Shown here one piece after another: positions 9,531 through 18,923 of a stretch of 64,000 bases of DNA. How positions within the stretch are numbered: the stretch's first letter is position 1; each line of letters starts with the position of its first letter. The notes beneath the pieces are model-generated. The model was not told the origin of the DNA, did not search any database, and saw nothing but the letters and a program-made list of their open reading frames with translations. This stretch comes from Candidatus Latescibacterota bacterium (lineage in GTDB: Bacteria; Latescibacterota; UBA2968; UBA8231): contig OY730476.1 in NCBI GenBank assembly GCA_963422735.1, forward strand, positions 4,256,001 to 4,320,000, read 5' to 3'. Both the position numbers and the translations under genes were made by a program.

Positions 9531-10781
9531 TTGAAAATCGCGATCGCACTTCTGCTCTTGGCCACCGCTGCACAGGCGGCTGATTGGCCCCAGTGGCGCG
9601 GCCCCCAGCGCGACGGCGTCTCCAGCGAAATGGCCTTGTTGCAAAGTTGGTCGGCCGACGGCCCTGCCGTTGAGTGGCGCACCCCCCTCGGCAAGGGCTT
9701 TTCCGGCATCTCCATAGCCAACGGCAGGGTTTATACCATGTTCGCACGCGACGCGGACGAGTTCGCAATATGCCTCGATGGCGAGACCGGAGCGGAACTC
9801 TGGCGTCATCGCACCGGTCCTTACTACAAGGAGACCCAAGGCGGCGACGGCCCGCGCTCGACGCCCACCGTCGATGGCGAGACTGTCTATGTGCTCGGTG
9901 CCACCGGCAAGCTCTTCGCGCTCTTGGCCGCGAGCGGTACGCCGATCTGGGAAAAGGACTTGGTCGCCGAATTTGGCAGCGAAGTGCCTAGGTGGGGGTT
10001 TAGCACCTCCCCGCTGGTCGAGGGCGACCTGCTCCTAATCGAAGCCGGCGGCCGCGACGGCAACTTCGTCGTCGATATGGTCATCGACCGCAAAGCCGCA
10101 GTCACCGCCGTAGCTCTCGACAAGAACACCGGCGCAACCGCTTGGACTGCCCTCGACGAAAAGATGAGCTATTCATCGCCCATCGCCTTCACTGCCGCCG
10201 GCACCCGCCAACTCGCCTATTTCACGGCTTATTCGCTTACCGGCCTAGCACCGGAAGACGGCCGCATTTATTGGCGCTACCCTTGGAAGACCCGCTACGA
10301 CGTCAGCGCGGCGACCCCAATTTTTATCGCGCCCGACCGGCTTTTTATTTCCACCGGCGACGGCAACGGCGGCGTAGTCTTGCAAATCAAAAGCGACGGC
10401 GACAGCCTCGCCGTCGAGCAGGTCTGGCAAAACAAAAAGATGAAAAACGATTTCGGCACCTCGGTCTTTTACAAGGACCATCTCTACGGCTTTGACCATG
10501 CGATCCTCAAGTGCCTCGACGCCGAGACCGGAGCGGAAAAGTGGAAGGCCCGGGGTTACGGCAAGGGTAGCTTGATCGTCGCCAACGGCCACCTCATCGT
10601 CCTCGGCGAAGAGGGTCAACTTGGCCTAGTCGAGGCCACGCCAGCAGCCTTCCGCGAAAAGAGCAAGACCCAAGTCCTCAATGGCCGCTGCTGGACGGTC
10701 CCTTCGCTCGCCGACGGCCGGCTTTATGTCCGCGACGAAAGCGAAATTGTCTGCCTCGATGTGCGGGAGTCGGTCCAATGA
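9531..10781 (+). CDS. Secreted PQQ-binding-like beta-propeller (WPQWRGP family)
   Basis: GGAGG RBS, signal peptide, DWPQWRGPQRDG, GPRSTPTV, GRLYVRD. Confidence 0.88.
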   Translation: MKIAIALLLLATAAQAADWPQWRGPQRDGVSSEMALLQSWSADGPAVEWRTPLGKGFSGISIANGRVYTMFARDADEFAICLDGETGAELWRHRTGPYYKETQGGDGPRSTPTVDGETVYVLGATGKLFALLAASGTPIWEKDLVAEFGSEVPRWGFSTSPLVEGDLLLIEAGGRDGNFVVDMVIDRKAAVTAVALDKNTGATAWTALDEKMSYSSPIAFTAAGTRQLAYFTAYSLTGLAPEDGRIYWRYPWKTRYDVSAATPIFIAPDRLFISTGDGNGGVVLQIKSDGDSLAVEQVWQNKKMKNDFGTSVFYKDHLYGFDHAILKCLDAETGAEKWKARGYGKGSLIVANGHLIVLGEEGQLGLVEATPAAFREKSKTQVLNGRCWTVPSLADGRLYVRDESEIVCLDVRESVQ

Positions 10782-12019
10782 AGCGGATATTGTGTGCGTC
10801 CCTATTCCTCGTATTCTGCGCCTTTCCAGCCTTGGCCCAGGATTGGTCGAGCTGGCAATCGGCGGGCTGGCCGCAGTGGCTCGGCCCCGCCCGCAACGGC
10901 ATTTCGTCGGAGACGGGCCTGTTCGGCCACGAGCTGTCTTTTGAGGAGTCTTGGCGCGTCCCAGCCGGGAAGGGCTTTTCCGGCCTTTCCATCGTCGGCA
11001 ATCGCATCTATACGATGTACATCCACAGCGAGAAGGAATACGCAATCTGCCTCGACGCCCGCAATGGCGAAGTGCTGTGGCGCACCCGCACCGACGACAA
11101 TTTCGTCGAACGGCAAGGCGGCGACGGTCCGCGCGCCACGCCGACCGTTGACGACGGAATGGTCTATGTCTTCAGCGCCCAAGGCAAACTCCACGCGCTC
11201 GACAGCCAGACCGGCTCCCAACAATGGAGCCACGACCTAGTGAGCAAATTCGGCGGGAAGAGGCCCCGCTGGGGCTTTTGCGCGTCGCCGCTAGTCGCAG
11301 GAGACCTCGTCTTAATCGAAGCCGGCGGTACGGGCGGCCATTCGCTTATAGCCTTTGACAAAGCCAGCGGCGAGGTCGCCTGGACCACTGGCAGCGACAA
11401 GCCGGGCTACTCCTCTCCCATCACCGCCACCATCGGCCAAACGCGCCAAGCGGTGTTTTTCACCGGCTACGGGCTAATCTCGGTCGCGCCGCAACAAGGC
11501 CGAGTGCTTTGGAGACACCCCTGGCCGACTAGCCACAACGTCAACGCCGCCACCCCAATTTTCATCCCGCCCAACCGCTTCTTTATCTCCTCCGGCTACG
11601 GCACGGGCGGCACCGTGGTGGAGGTCTCCCCCACAGACGGCGGCTATGGTGTGAAGGAGATCTGGCGCAACAAGGAGATGAAAAACCACTTCGCCACCTC
11701 CATCTACTACCAAGGCCATCTCTACGGTTTCGATGGTTCGATCCTCAAATGCCTCGACGCCGCGACCGGTGCCGAGAAGTGGAAGACCCGGGGCTACGGT
11801 AAGGGCACCCTAATCGCAGCCGATGGCCACCTCGTCGTCTTGGGCGAACAGGGCAATCTCGGCGTAGCCGAAGCCACGCCCGGAGGCTTTGTCGAAAAGG
11901 CCAACGCCCAAGTCTTCCACAGCAAATGCTGGACGGCTCCCGCGCTGGCCGACGGCCGGCTCTACCTCCGCGACGAAAGCGAAATCGTCTGCATCAACTT
12001 GGCGGTAACAGCCCAATGA
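10778..12019 (+). CDS. Secreted PQQ-binding-like beta-propeller, tandem paralog of 9531-10781
   Basis: WPQWLGPARNG; long blocks shared with the upstream gene (QGGDGPR.TPTVD; ILKCLDA.TGAEKWK.RGYGKG; LADGRLY.RDESEIVC); ATGA overlap. Confidence 0.88.
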   Translation: MKRILCASLFLVFCAFPALAQDWSSWQSAGWPQWLGPARNGISSETGLFGHELSFEESWRVPAGKGFSGLSIVGNRIYTMYIHSEKEYAICLDARNGEVLWRTRTDDNFVERQGGDGPRATPTVDDGMVYVFSAQGKLHALDSQTGSQQWSHDLVSKFGGKRPRWGFCASPLVAGDLVLIEAGGTGGHSLIAFDKASGEVAWTTGSDKPGYSSPITATIGQTRQAVFFTGYGLISVAPQQGRVLWRHPWPTSHNVNAATPIFIPPNRFFISSGYGTGGTVVEVSPTDGGYGVKEIWRNKEMKNHFATSIYYQGHLYGFDGSILKCLDAATGAEKWKTRGYGKGTLIAADGHLVVLGEQGNLGVAEATPGGFVEKANAQVFHSKCWTAPALADGRLYLRDESEIVCINLAVTAQ

Positions 12020-12270
12020 GGAATTGATGCTACGCAGCTTTTGTCATACCTGCGCTCCACCGTGCCACAAGGCGTGACAAGCAGGCATCCAGAGTACCTC
12101 TCGGCGGTTCGGGCTTGGGTGAGTTCAGTCGAACCGCTGAGCGATGCGACGACTCGACTGAGTGCGCCGACGGGGCTGGATGTCGCGCCTAAAAGCCTGC
12201 GCCCGTGAAAGCGGGTGGCGCGGTGAAGCCCATGTGCGCGGGAGTGACGGGATTGTATCATGATACCTCG

Positions 12271-12344
12271 CTGGATTCCCGCGTGCGCGGGAATGACAAG
12301 GGAGGGCGGCAGGAAGCCGCAGACGATAACGACTGTGCAACATC
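12271..12344 (-). repeat. Palindromic REP/RPE-like element, left copy of a ~74-bp inverted repeat
   Basis: Contains the GGATTCCCGCGTGCGCGGGAATGAC hairpin; its reverse complement aligns with 17010-17083. Confidence 0.75.
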
Positions 12345-12363
12345 AGTGAGGAATATCCGTGAC

Positions 12364-14481
12364 ATGCTGTTGATCTTTGTTCTATTGCTGACGACAACCC
12401 TCGTCCATGCCCAGAGCGACGACGACTCACTCTACGTCGTCGACGAAACCATCGTCACCGGTTCGCGACTGGCCATCCCCCGCACCAACGCCATCGCCAC
12501 CAAAATGCCCCTGCCCCTGCGCAAAACCCCCCTAAGCGTCGGTATCGTCCCCCAAGCCCTGATCGAGACCCAAGATGGCGCGACTCTCAGCGACGCGTTA
12601 GCCAATGTCAGCGGCGTTGGCGTCCACACCAACTTCGGCGTCCACGATCTGTTCTACCTGCGCGGCTTCGACTCGCTCGCCAACGGCTTGGTGCTCTCCG
12701 ACGGAGTCCCTGAACCCGAAGCTACCTTCTACCAGCTCTACAATGTGGACCGCGTCGAGGCCCTCAAAGGCCCTGGTGCCTTCCTCTACGGCGGTAACCC
12801 GCTGTCGGGCACCATCAACCTCGTCCGCAAACGGCCGGTCCCAGCAGGTAACTTCGCCCGCTTCAACGCCTCATTAGGGAGCTTCTCCGCCTACCGCGCC
12901 ACCCTCGACGCCAGCCGCGCTCTACCCAACCAGGGCCTCGCCCTGCGTCTCAATGCGCTGTGGCAGGACGCGGAAAGCTACCGCGACGACAAAAACAGCT
13001 CGATCCTCGCTGTAAACCCAACGCTGCGGCTGAACCTCGGCGAGCGCTCGACGCTGCATCTCGACTTCGAGTACCTGACGAGCGAACATCAGTCCGACTC
13101 GGGGCTACCCATCGTCGGCGGTAGGCTGCCCGCGGTGCCGCGCACCCGCTCTTATCAGTCACCTTTTGACCTTTCCGAACAGATCATCTTGCGCTTTCGC
13201 GCCGATTGTGAATGGCACCTAAGCTCCCATTTCACTTTGCGCGACAAGCTCTACTACACCAGCCTCGACTGGCCCTCGCAGGGCACCCTCTTCAACGGGG
13301 CCTTCCCCAACGCAGTCGGTTCGCTAGATCTTGCTCGCACGTTGCTCGATCTCGACGACCAGCAGCGGATCGTCGGCAACCAGCTCGAAGGTCTGTTAAA
13401 GCTGCAAACCAGCGGTATCGAGCACCAGCTTCTTTTGGGCGTCGAGATCGCCCACCACGCGGACGACTTTACCCTCGACGTGGCGCTGCTTTCGCTAGTC
13501 GATCTGTTCACCCTCGACGCGACGTTGCCGCCGAGTTTGGCCCCCTTCATGCCGGCGGAAGCCGGGACCGATTCCCTCGTGGTCCCTCTCCCCGACCAAG
13601 CCACGTCCGGCCAGACCGCCGTGCAATCCCTGGCACCCTACTTTATCGACCGCATAATCGTCAGCCCCCACTTCGAGCTCCTGCTAGGGGGCCGCTTCGA
13701 CCGGATTGACTACGCGGACGACCTTACCGCCACCAAGCGCGATTATCGGCAGATAAGCCCGATGCTCGGCGCAATCTTCGCCCCCAGCCAGACCCTCTCG
13801 CTCTACGCGAATACGGGCCGCGCCTTTGCCGCGCCTTCCTCTCAGGTTGTTGGCGACCGCGACGCCGAGGAAAGCACCCAATACGAAATCGGTGCCAAAG
13901 CCGCGCTGCTCGACGGCAACCTCAACGCCAATTTCGCCGTCTTTAACCTCGACAAAGAGCACATCGCCATCCCCGACGACAACGGGATCACCCAGCAGCT
14001 CGGCGACCAGCGCGCTCGGGGCTTGGAGTTGGAACTAGCTGCGCGTCTGGCTCAAGGCTGGTACGCCCAAGGCACCTATGCCTTTTTAGACGCCGAGCTG
14101 ACGCGCTTCAACGAATCCGTATTGGTCCCCACCGCCGACGGCTTCGTCTCCCAGATATTCGACCGCACGGGCAATGTGCCGGCCTTCGCGCCCGAACATC
14201 TTTTGACGCTATGGGCCGCCCGCGACTTGGGTGCCAACCTCACCTTGGCCGCTGGTATCCGCTACGTCGGCAGCCAGTTCGTTGCCGAGGACAATGTCTA
14301 TGAAATCGATGGCGCGCTGACGCTCGACTGCGGGCTGACCTACCGGCGGGCCCCGGGGCTTTTGCGGATAAACCTCAAGAACGCGACCGGCAGCGAATAC
14401 GAGACCCGAGGTTTCGGGGGCACCTCGGTTATTCCGGCTGCTCCTTTCTCCTTCAAGGCGACCTTCGGTTATTCACTATGA
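12364..14481 (+). CDS. TonB-dependent receptor (siderophore-receptor type)
   Basis: ATG 12364 gives a signal peptide. TonB-box-like ETIVTGSR; plug motifs TPLSV, NVSGV, LRGF, RVEALKGPGAFLYG..PLSGTINLVRK; C-terminal ATFGYSL. Confidence 0.93.
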   Translation: MLLIFVLLLTTTLVHAQSDDDSLYVVDETIVTGSRLAIPRTNAIATKMPLPLRKTPLSVGIVPQALIETQDGATLSDALANVSGVGVHTNFGVHDLFYLRGFDSLANGLVLSDGVPEPEATFYQLYNVDRVEALKGPGAFLYGGNPLSGTINLVRKRPVPAGNFARFNASLGSFSAYRATLDASRALPNQGLALRLNALWQDAESYRDDKNSSILAVNPTLRLNLGERSTLHLDFEYLTSEHQSDSGLPIVGGRLPAVPRTRSYQSPFDLSEQIILRFRADCEWHLSSHFTLRDKLYYTSLDWPSQGTLFNGAFPNAVGSLDLARTLLDLDDQQRIVGNQLEGLLKLQTSGIEHQLLLGVEIAHHADDFTLDVALLSLVDLFTLDATLPPSLAPFMPAEAGTDSLVVPLPDQATSGQTAVQSLAPYFIDRIIVSPHFELLLGGRFDRIDYADDLTATKRDYRQISPMLGAIFAPSQTLSLYANTGRAFAAPSSQVVGDRDAEESTQYEIGAKAALLDGNLNANFAVFNLDKEHIAIPDDNGITQQLGDQRARGLELELAARLAQGWYAQGTYAFLDAELTRFNESVLVPTADGFVSQIFDRTGNVPAFAPEHLLTLWAARDLGANLTLAAGIRYVGSQFVAEDNVYEIDGALTLDCGLTYRRAPGLLRINLKNATGSEYETRGFGGTSVIPAAPFSFKATFGYSL

Positions 14482-15755
14482 GTGCCTGCGAACGCCTCAG
14501 CCGCGACGCGCTGGCGGAGCATCAACTCAACCGCCTACGCAACCTGCTCCATTCCGCGTTGGAAACCAACGCATTTTACCGCCAAAAGCTCAACGCGGCC
14601 GGGATCGCACGAGCCGAGGACATCGCCAGTCTCGACGACTTGGCCCGCCTCCCCTTTACTACCCGCGCCGAGCTTTCTACCGACCAGGTCGCCCACCCCC
14701 CCTACGGCACCAACCTCACCTTCCCCGCGGAATGTTACACCCGCATCCACCAGACCTCTGGCACCACCGGCCAGCGCCTGCGCTGGCTCGACACGGCCGA
14801 AAGTTGGGACTGGTGGGGCCGCTGCTGGGCCCAAGTCTATCGCGCCGCTGGTGTCGGCGATTGCGACCGCATCTTTTTCGCCTTCTCCTTTGGCCCGTTC
14901 ATCGGCTTCTGGAGCGGGCACCAAGGAGCCAGCCACATCGGCGCACTGATCGTCCCCGGGGGCGGCATGTCTTCGGCCCAGCGTCTAGACGCCATCGTCG
15001 AAAACGAAATCACCGTCCTCGTCTGTACCCCGACGTATGCCTTGCACTTGGGCGAAGTCGCCCGCGCCCGCGGCCTCGACCTCGCCGCAAGCAGCGTGCA
15101 TACCACTATCCACGCTGGCGAGCCGGGCGCGAATCTGCCGGCTACCCGCGCCCAGCTTGAGCGCATTTGGGGTGCCCGCTGTTTCGACCACGCCGGGGCC
15201 ACCGAGGTTGGAGCGTGGGGTTTCGACTGCCGCGAACAGGCCGGCTTGCACCTCAACGAGGGCGAGTTTATCTGCGAAGTCGTCGATCCGCAAAGCGGCG
15301 CACCGGCCGACGGGGGCGAGCTGGTCATCACCAATCTCGGCCGCCCGGGGATGCCCATCCTCCGCTACCGCACCGGCGACCGCGTCGCGCTCAATCGCAC
15401 ACCCTGCAACTGCGGGCGCACCTTCCAGCGGCTCCAAGGCGGCGTCATCGGCCGCCTCGACGACGCCTTGCTCATCCGCGGCGTGGTCGTCTATCCCAGC
15501 GCCATCGAAAACGTCGTGCGCCAGTTCCCCGCAGTCGCCGAATTCGCCGTTGACGTCCACCGCCGCAAAGCACTGGACGAGTTGGAGGTGCGCCTAGAAC
15601 TCGACGGCAATGCCAACGACACCGCCGACCAAGTAGAACGCGCCCTCGCCCACCGGCTGGGCCTGCGCGCCGACATCCAAATCGCTGCGGCGAACACCTT
15701 GCCGCGCTTTGAACTCAAAGCCCAGCGCGTCACCGATCACAGGAGCGATCCGTGA
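14478..15755 (+). CDS. Phenylacetate-CoA ligase (PaaK/F390 synthetase)-like adenylate-forming enzyme
   Basis: LPFT, HQTSGTTG, TPTYALHL, GEPG, ELVITNL, RYRTGD, GRLDD. Confidence 0.9.
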   Translation: MSACERLSRDALAEHQLNRLRNLLHSALETNAFYRQKLNAAGIARAEDIASLDDLARLPFTTRAELSTDQVAHPPYGTNLTFPAECYTRIHQTSGTTGQRLRWLDTAESWDWWGRCWAQVYRAAGVGDCDRIFFAFSFGPFIGFWSGHQGASHIGALIVPGGGMSSAQRLDAIVENEITVLVCTPTYALHLGEVARARGLDLAASSVHTTIHAGEPGANLPATRAQLERIWGARCFDHAGATEVGAWGFDCREQAGLHLNEGEFICEVVDPQSGAPADGGELVITNLGRPGMPILRYRTGDRVALNRTPCNCGRTFQRLQGGVIGRLDDALLIRGVVVYPSAIENVVRQFPAVAEFAVDVHRRKALDELEVRLELDGNANDTADQVERALAHRLGLRADIQIAAANTLPRFELKAQRVTDHRSDP

Positions 15756-16987
15756 GCGGGGTCATCGTCATCGGCGGCGGCCCCGCCGGCAGCACTGTAG
15801 CCGCCCTCGTAGCCGCAACCGGTCGCCAAGTGCGGCTCTTCGAACGGGAGCAGTTTCCCCGCTTCGCGATCGGCGAGTCCTTGATGCCGGAGACCTACTG
15901 GACCTTCAGACGGCTCGGAGTACTCGACCGGCTCAAAGGCAGTGCCTTCCCCCGCAAGCACAGCGTGCAGTTTTTCGGCAAGTCGGGTCGCGGCTCGACG
16001 CCCTTTTACTTTTCTGACACCAACCCCCACGAAAGCGCGGTAACTTGGCAGGTCCTGCGCGGACCATTCGACGAGATGCTCCTCGACAACGCCCGCGAAA
16101 AAGGTGCCCAAGTACATCAGGGTGCCCGAGTCCTCGAAGTGCTGTTCGAGGGGGACCGCGCCACCGGTGTGCGCACCAAGCTCGCCGATGGCCAAACCCG
16201 CGATTTTGCCGCGCAAGTCGTCGTCGATGCCACCGGCCAGAGTGCGCTAATTGGCCGCAAACTCAAGCTGACCCAGCCCGAGCCCGAACTCAAGAAGGCT
16301 TCGATCTACACCCACTATCGCGGCGGCCGGCGCGACTTAGGCATTGACGAGGGCGCGACCTTGATCCTCCACACCGAGAACCGGGACTCTTGGTTTTGGT
16401 ACATTCCCCTGCCCGACGACAAGGTCAGCGTCGGCGTGGTCGGCGCAATTTCCTACTTGGTCCAAGGCCGCCAAGAAGACGCACAGACCATTTTTGATCA
16501 AGAGCTGGCCAAATGCCAACCCATGCAGGAGCGCCTGCAAAACGCTGAGCAACTCTTTCGGGTCAAGACCACCAAGGACTTCTCCTACCGCGCCAGCCGC
16601 ATCGCTGGCGAGGGCTGGGTGCTGATAGGCGACGCGTTCTGTTTTCTCGACCCGATGTACTCCTCGGGCGTGTACCTAGCCCTCAAATCCGGCGAGATGG
16701 CCGCCGACGCCATCGCCGGGGCCTTTGCCAAAGGGGACTTTTCTGCCGACCAACTCGGCGGTTTCGGCCCGGAGCTAGTGCGCGGCATGGAGGCGGTGCG
16801 CAAAATGGTGTACGCCTTCTACGCGAAGGACTTCAGCTTCGCCGAATTCCTCAAACGCCATCCCGAATGCAAACAGGGGGTCATCGACGTACTGAGCGGC
16901 AACCTCTTCAGCGAACACATCGAGCCTATTTTCGGGCCTATGAGCGAGGTTTGCCAGATGCCCGCCGCCATCGCCTTGACGCGGTGA
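15752..16987 (+). CDS. Flavin-dependent halogenase-like oxidoreductase (PltA/CmlS-type)
   Basis: GGGPAG, FPRFAIGESL, FPRK (K69), WFWYIP at 16391 (WxWxIP), GDAFCFLDPMYSSGV. Confidence 0.8.
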   Translation: MSGVIVIGGGPAGSTVAALVAATGRQVRLFEREQFPRFAIGESLMPETYWTFRRLGVLDRLKGSAFPRKHSVQFFGKSGRGSTPFYFSDTNPHESAVTWQVLRGPFDEMLLDNAREKGAQVHQGARVLEVLFEGDRATGVRTKLADGQTRDFAAQVVVDATGQSALIGRKLKLTQPEPELKKASIYTHYRGGRRDLGIDEGATLILHTENRDSWFWYIPLPDDKVSVGVVGAISYLVQGRQEDAQTIFDQELAKCQPMQERLQNAEQLFRVKTTKDFSYRASRIAGEGWVLIGDAFCFLDPMYSSGVYLALKSGEMAADAIAGAFAKGDFSADQLGGFGPELVRGMEAVRKMVYAFYAKDFSFAEFLKRHPECKQGVIDVLSGNLFSEHIEPIFGPMSEVCQMPAAIALTR

Positions 16988-17009
16988 TGCTTCTTTATCT
17001 TTTATAAGT

Positions 17010-17083
17010 GCTGTTACGCAGGCTTTATCGTATGCGGCTTCCTGCCGTCCCCCTTGTCATTCCCGCGAAGGCGCGACATCCAG
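17010..17083 (+). repeat. Palindromic REP/RPE-like element, right copy of the ~74-bp inverted repeat
   Basis: GCGGCTTCCTGCCG..CCCTTGTCATTCCCGCG matches the reverse complement of 12271-12344. 17069-17086 is also the exact reverse complement of 12173-12190. Confidence 0.75.
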
Positions 17084-17244
17084 CCCAGCGCACCGGCCTT
17101 AAACGGGCGCCTGCTTGTAGCAGGCATGACGCCGCGGCCGTATAGGCACCAAGCGGGCGTACGAGTTGGCCCCTGCCAAGACAGAGATTGCGGAACGCCA
17201 GCTTTATAATCCTTTGGGACCCACCTTTACCGCTGGAGTGCAGC

Positions 17245-17469
17245 ATGAACGCCACCGTCCGCCGGATCCTCTACTTTGGGCTTCTAGTCCTCTATCTATT
17301 GCACAACGACCTCTGGCTTTGGGACGATCCGCGCATCGTCTTAGGGCTGCCCATCGGCTTGCTCTACCACATCGGCTTATGCGTGGCCGCCGCCGGGCTG
17401 ATGGTCTTGCTGGTCAACTACGCTTGGCCGTCCAAGCTGGACGCGGAAGACGAGGAACAAGCCGCATGA
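17245..17469 (+). CDS. Small two-TM membrane protein (DUF3311-like partner of SSS symporters)
   Basis: GGAG RBS then ATG 17245; LHNDLWLWD..LGLPIGLLYH; ATGA overlap with the symporter gene. Confidence 0.8.
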   Translation: MNATVRRILYFGLLVLYLLHNDLWLWDDPRIVLGLPIGLLYHIGLCVAAAGLMVLLVNYAWPSKLDAEDEEQAA

Positions 17470-18920
17470 CCACGATCATCATCTTCTGCTACCTAGGCCT
17501 AGTACTCTGCATCGGCGTCCTCTCCAATCGCTTCTTTCGCGGCACCGGCGAGGATTACTTCGTCGCTAGCCGCTCCATCGGCCCCTTCCTGCTGCTGATG
17601 TCGCTGTTTGGCACCAACATGACCGCGTTCGCCATTTTGGGGGCCTCCGGCGAAGCCTACCACACTGGGATCGGCGTCTTTGCCCTGATGCCTTCGGGCG
17701 CGGCCCTGATTATCCCCACCGTCTTCTTTTTTATCGGCACCCGCGTCTGGGCACTCGGCAAGCGCCACAACTTTCTCACGCAGGTTCAGTACTTCCGCCG
17801 CCGCTGGGACTCCGACGGCTTGGGTCTCCTGCTCTTCGCGGTCATGATCGCGCTGCTGATTCCCTACCTGCTCATCGGCGTCATGGGCGGCGGCCTCACC
17901 CTCGCCCAAGTCACCAAAGGGCAGATTCCCCAGTGGGCCGGCGGCCTGCTGATCTGCTTAGTGGTGCTGACCTACGTCAGTTTCGGCGGCATGAGGAGCA
18001 CTGCTTGGGCCAACGCCTTCCAAACGCTGGTCTTTATGATCTTGGGCGGCGTGGCCTTCTTCGTCATCGTCGATAAGCTAGGCGGGCTGGACCGCGCGCT
18101 AGAGCAAGTCGCAGCGGCACACCCCGAGCTGCTGATCAAAGGAGACCGCATCAGCCCAATCAAACTTTTAACCTACACCTGCATCCCGCTGTCGGTGGGC
18201 ATGTTCCCCCACCTTTTTACCCACTGGCTCACCGCCCAAAGTGCCCGCACCTTCCGCTATCCCCTGATGCTGTATCCCCTGTGCATCGCCATCGTCTGGA
18301 TCCCCAGCGTACTCTTGGGGATCTTCGGTAGCATTGACTTTCCCGGCCTCAAGGGCGCGGCAGCCAACTCCGTGCTGGTCAAGATGATCGACCTACACGC
18401 CCCCGGCGCCCTAGCCGGCCTGCTCGCCGCTGGAGTCTTTGCCGCCATTATGTCTTCGCTCGACTCTCAGGTGCTTTCCATCAGCAACATGTTCACCCAG
18501 GACATCGTCCGCCACTACCGCAAGGGCGACGAATTGAGCGAAAAGGCCCAAGTCCTATGGGGCCGCCTCTTCGTGATCGCCATCTTTGCCATTACCTACG
18601 TGCTCTCGCTAGTCTCGGCCCGCAGCATCTTCTCCCTCGCCGTCTGGTCCTTCACCGGATTTGCAGCGCTCTTCCCGGTGATCGTCGCCGCCCTCTTCTG
18701 GAAGCGCAGCACTCAGTACGGTGCCTTTGCCTCGGTGCTCACCGTGGCCGCACTGTGGTCCTATTTCTTTTTTCAGGGGTGGAAAGTTCCCGGCTATACG
18801 GTCGGCATGACCGGGGTAATGCCGGTGGTGGTGATCCTAGCCGCTTCTGCCGTGGCCATGATCGTCGGCTCGCTGCTAACTAAGCCACCGGCCAAAACCA
18901 CCATCGATAAATTCTTCTAA
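17466..18920 (+). CDS. Sodium:solute symporter (SSS family)
   Basis: EDYFVASRSIG, GGMRSTAWANAFQ, AAIMSSLDSQ; many TM helices. Confidence 0.93.
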   Translation: MTTIIIFCYLGLVLCIGVLSNRFFRGTGEDYFVASRSIGPFLLLMSLFGTNMTAFAILGASGEAYHTGIGVFALMPSGAALIIPTVFFFIGTRVWALGKRHNFLTQVQYFRRRWDSDGLGLLLFAVMIALLIPYLLIGVMGGGLTLAQVTKGQIPQWAGGLLICLVVLTYVSFGGMRSTAWANAFQTLVFMILGGVAFFVIVDKLGGLDRALEQVAAAHPELLIKGDRISPIKLLTYTCIPLSVGMFPHLFTHWLTAQSARTFRYPLMLYPLCIAIVWIPSVLLGIFGSIDFPGLKGAAANSVLVKMIDLHAPGALAGLLAAGVFAAIMSSLDSQVLSISNMFTQDIVRHYRKGDELSEKAQVLWGRLFVIAIFAITYVLSLVSARSIFSLAVWSFTGFAALFPVIVAALFWKRSTQYGAFASVLTVAALWSYFFFQGWKVPGYTVGMTGVMPVVVILAASAVAMIVGSLLTKPPAKTTIDKFF

Positions 18921-18923
18921 CGC

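Noticed and set aside
12205-12363. Upstream extensions given by the ORF track (also starts at 2202, 6936, 17166, 20496, 21556, 46021, 51882, 59103, 60554)
   Set aside because: They run through repeats or neighbouring genes; downstream starts give an RBS, a signal peptide or a stop-start overlap.
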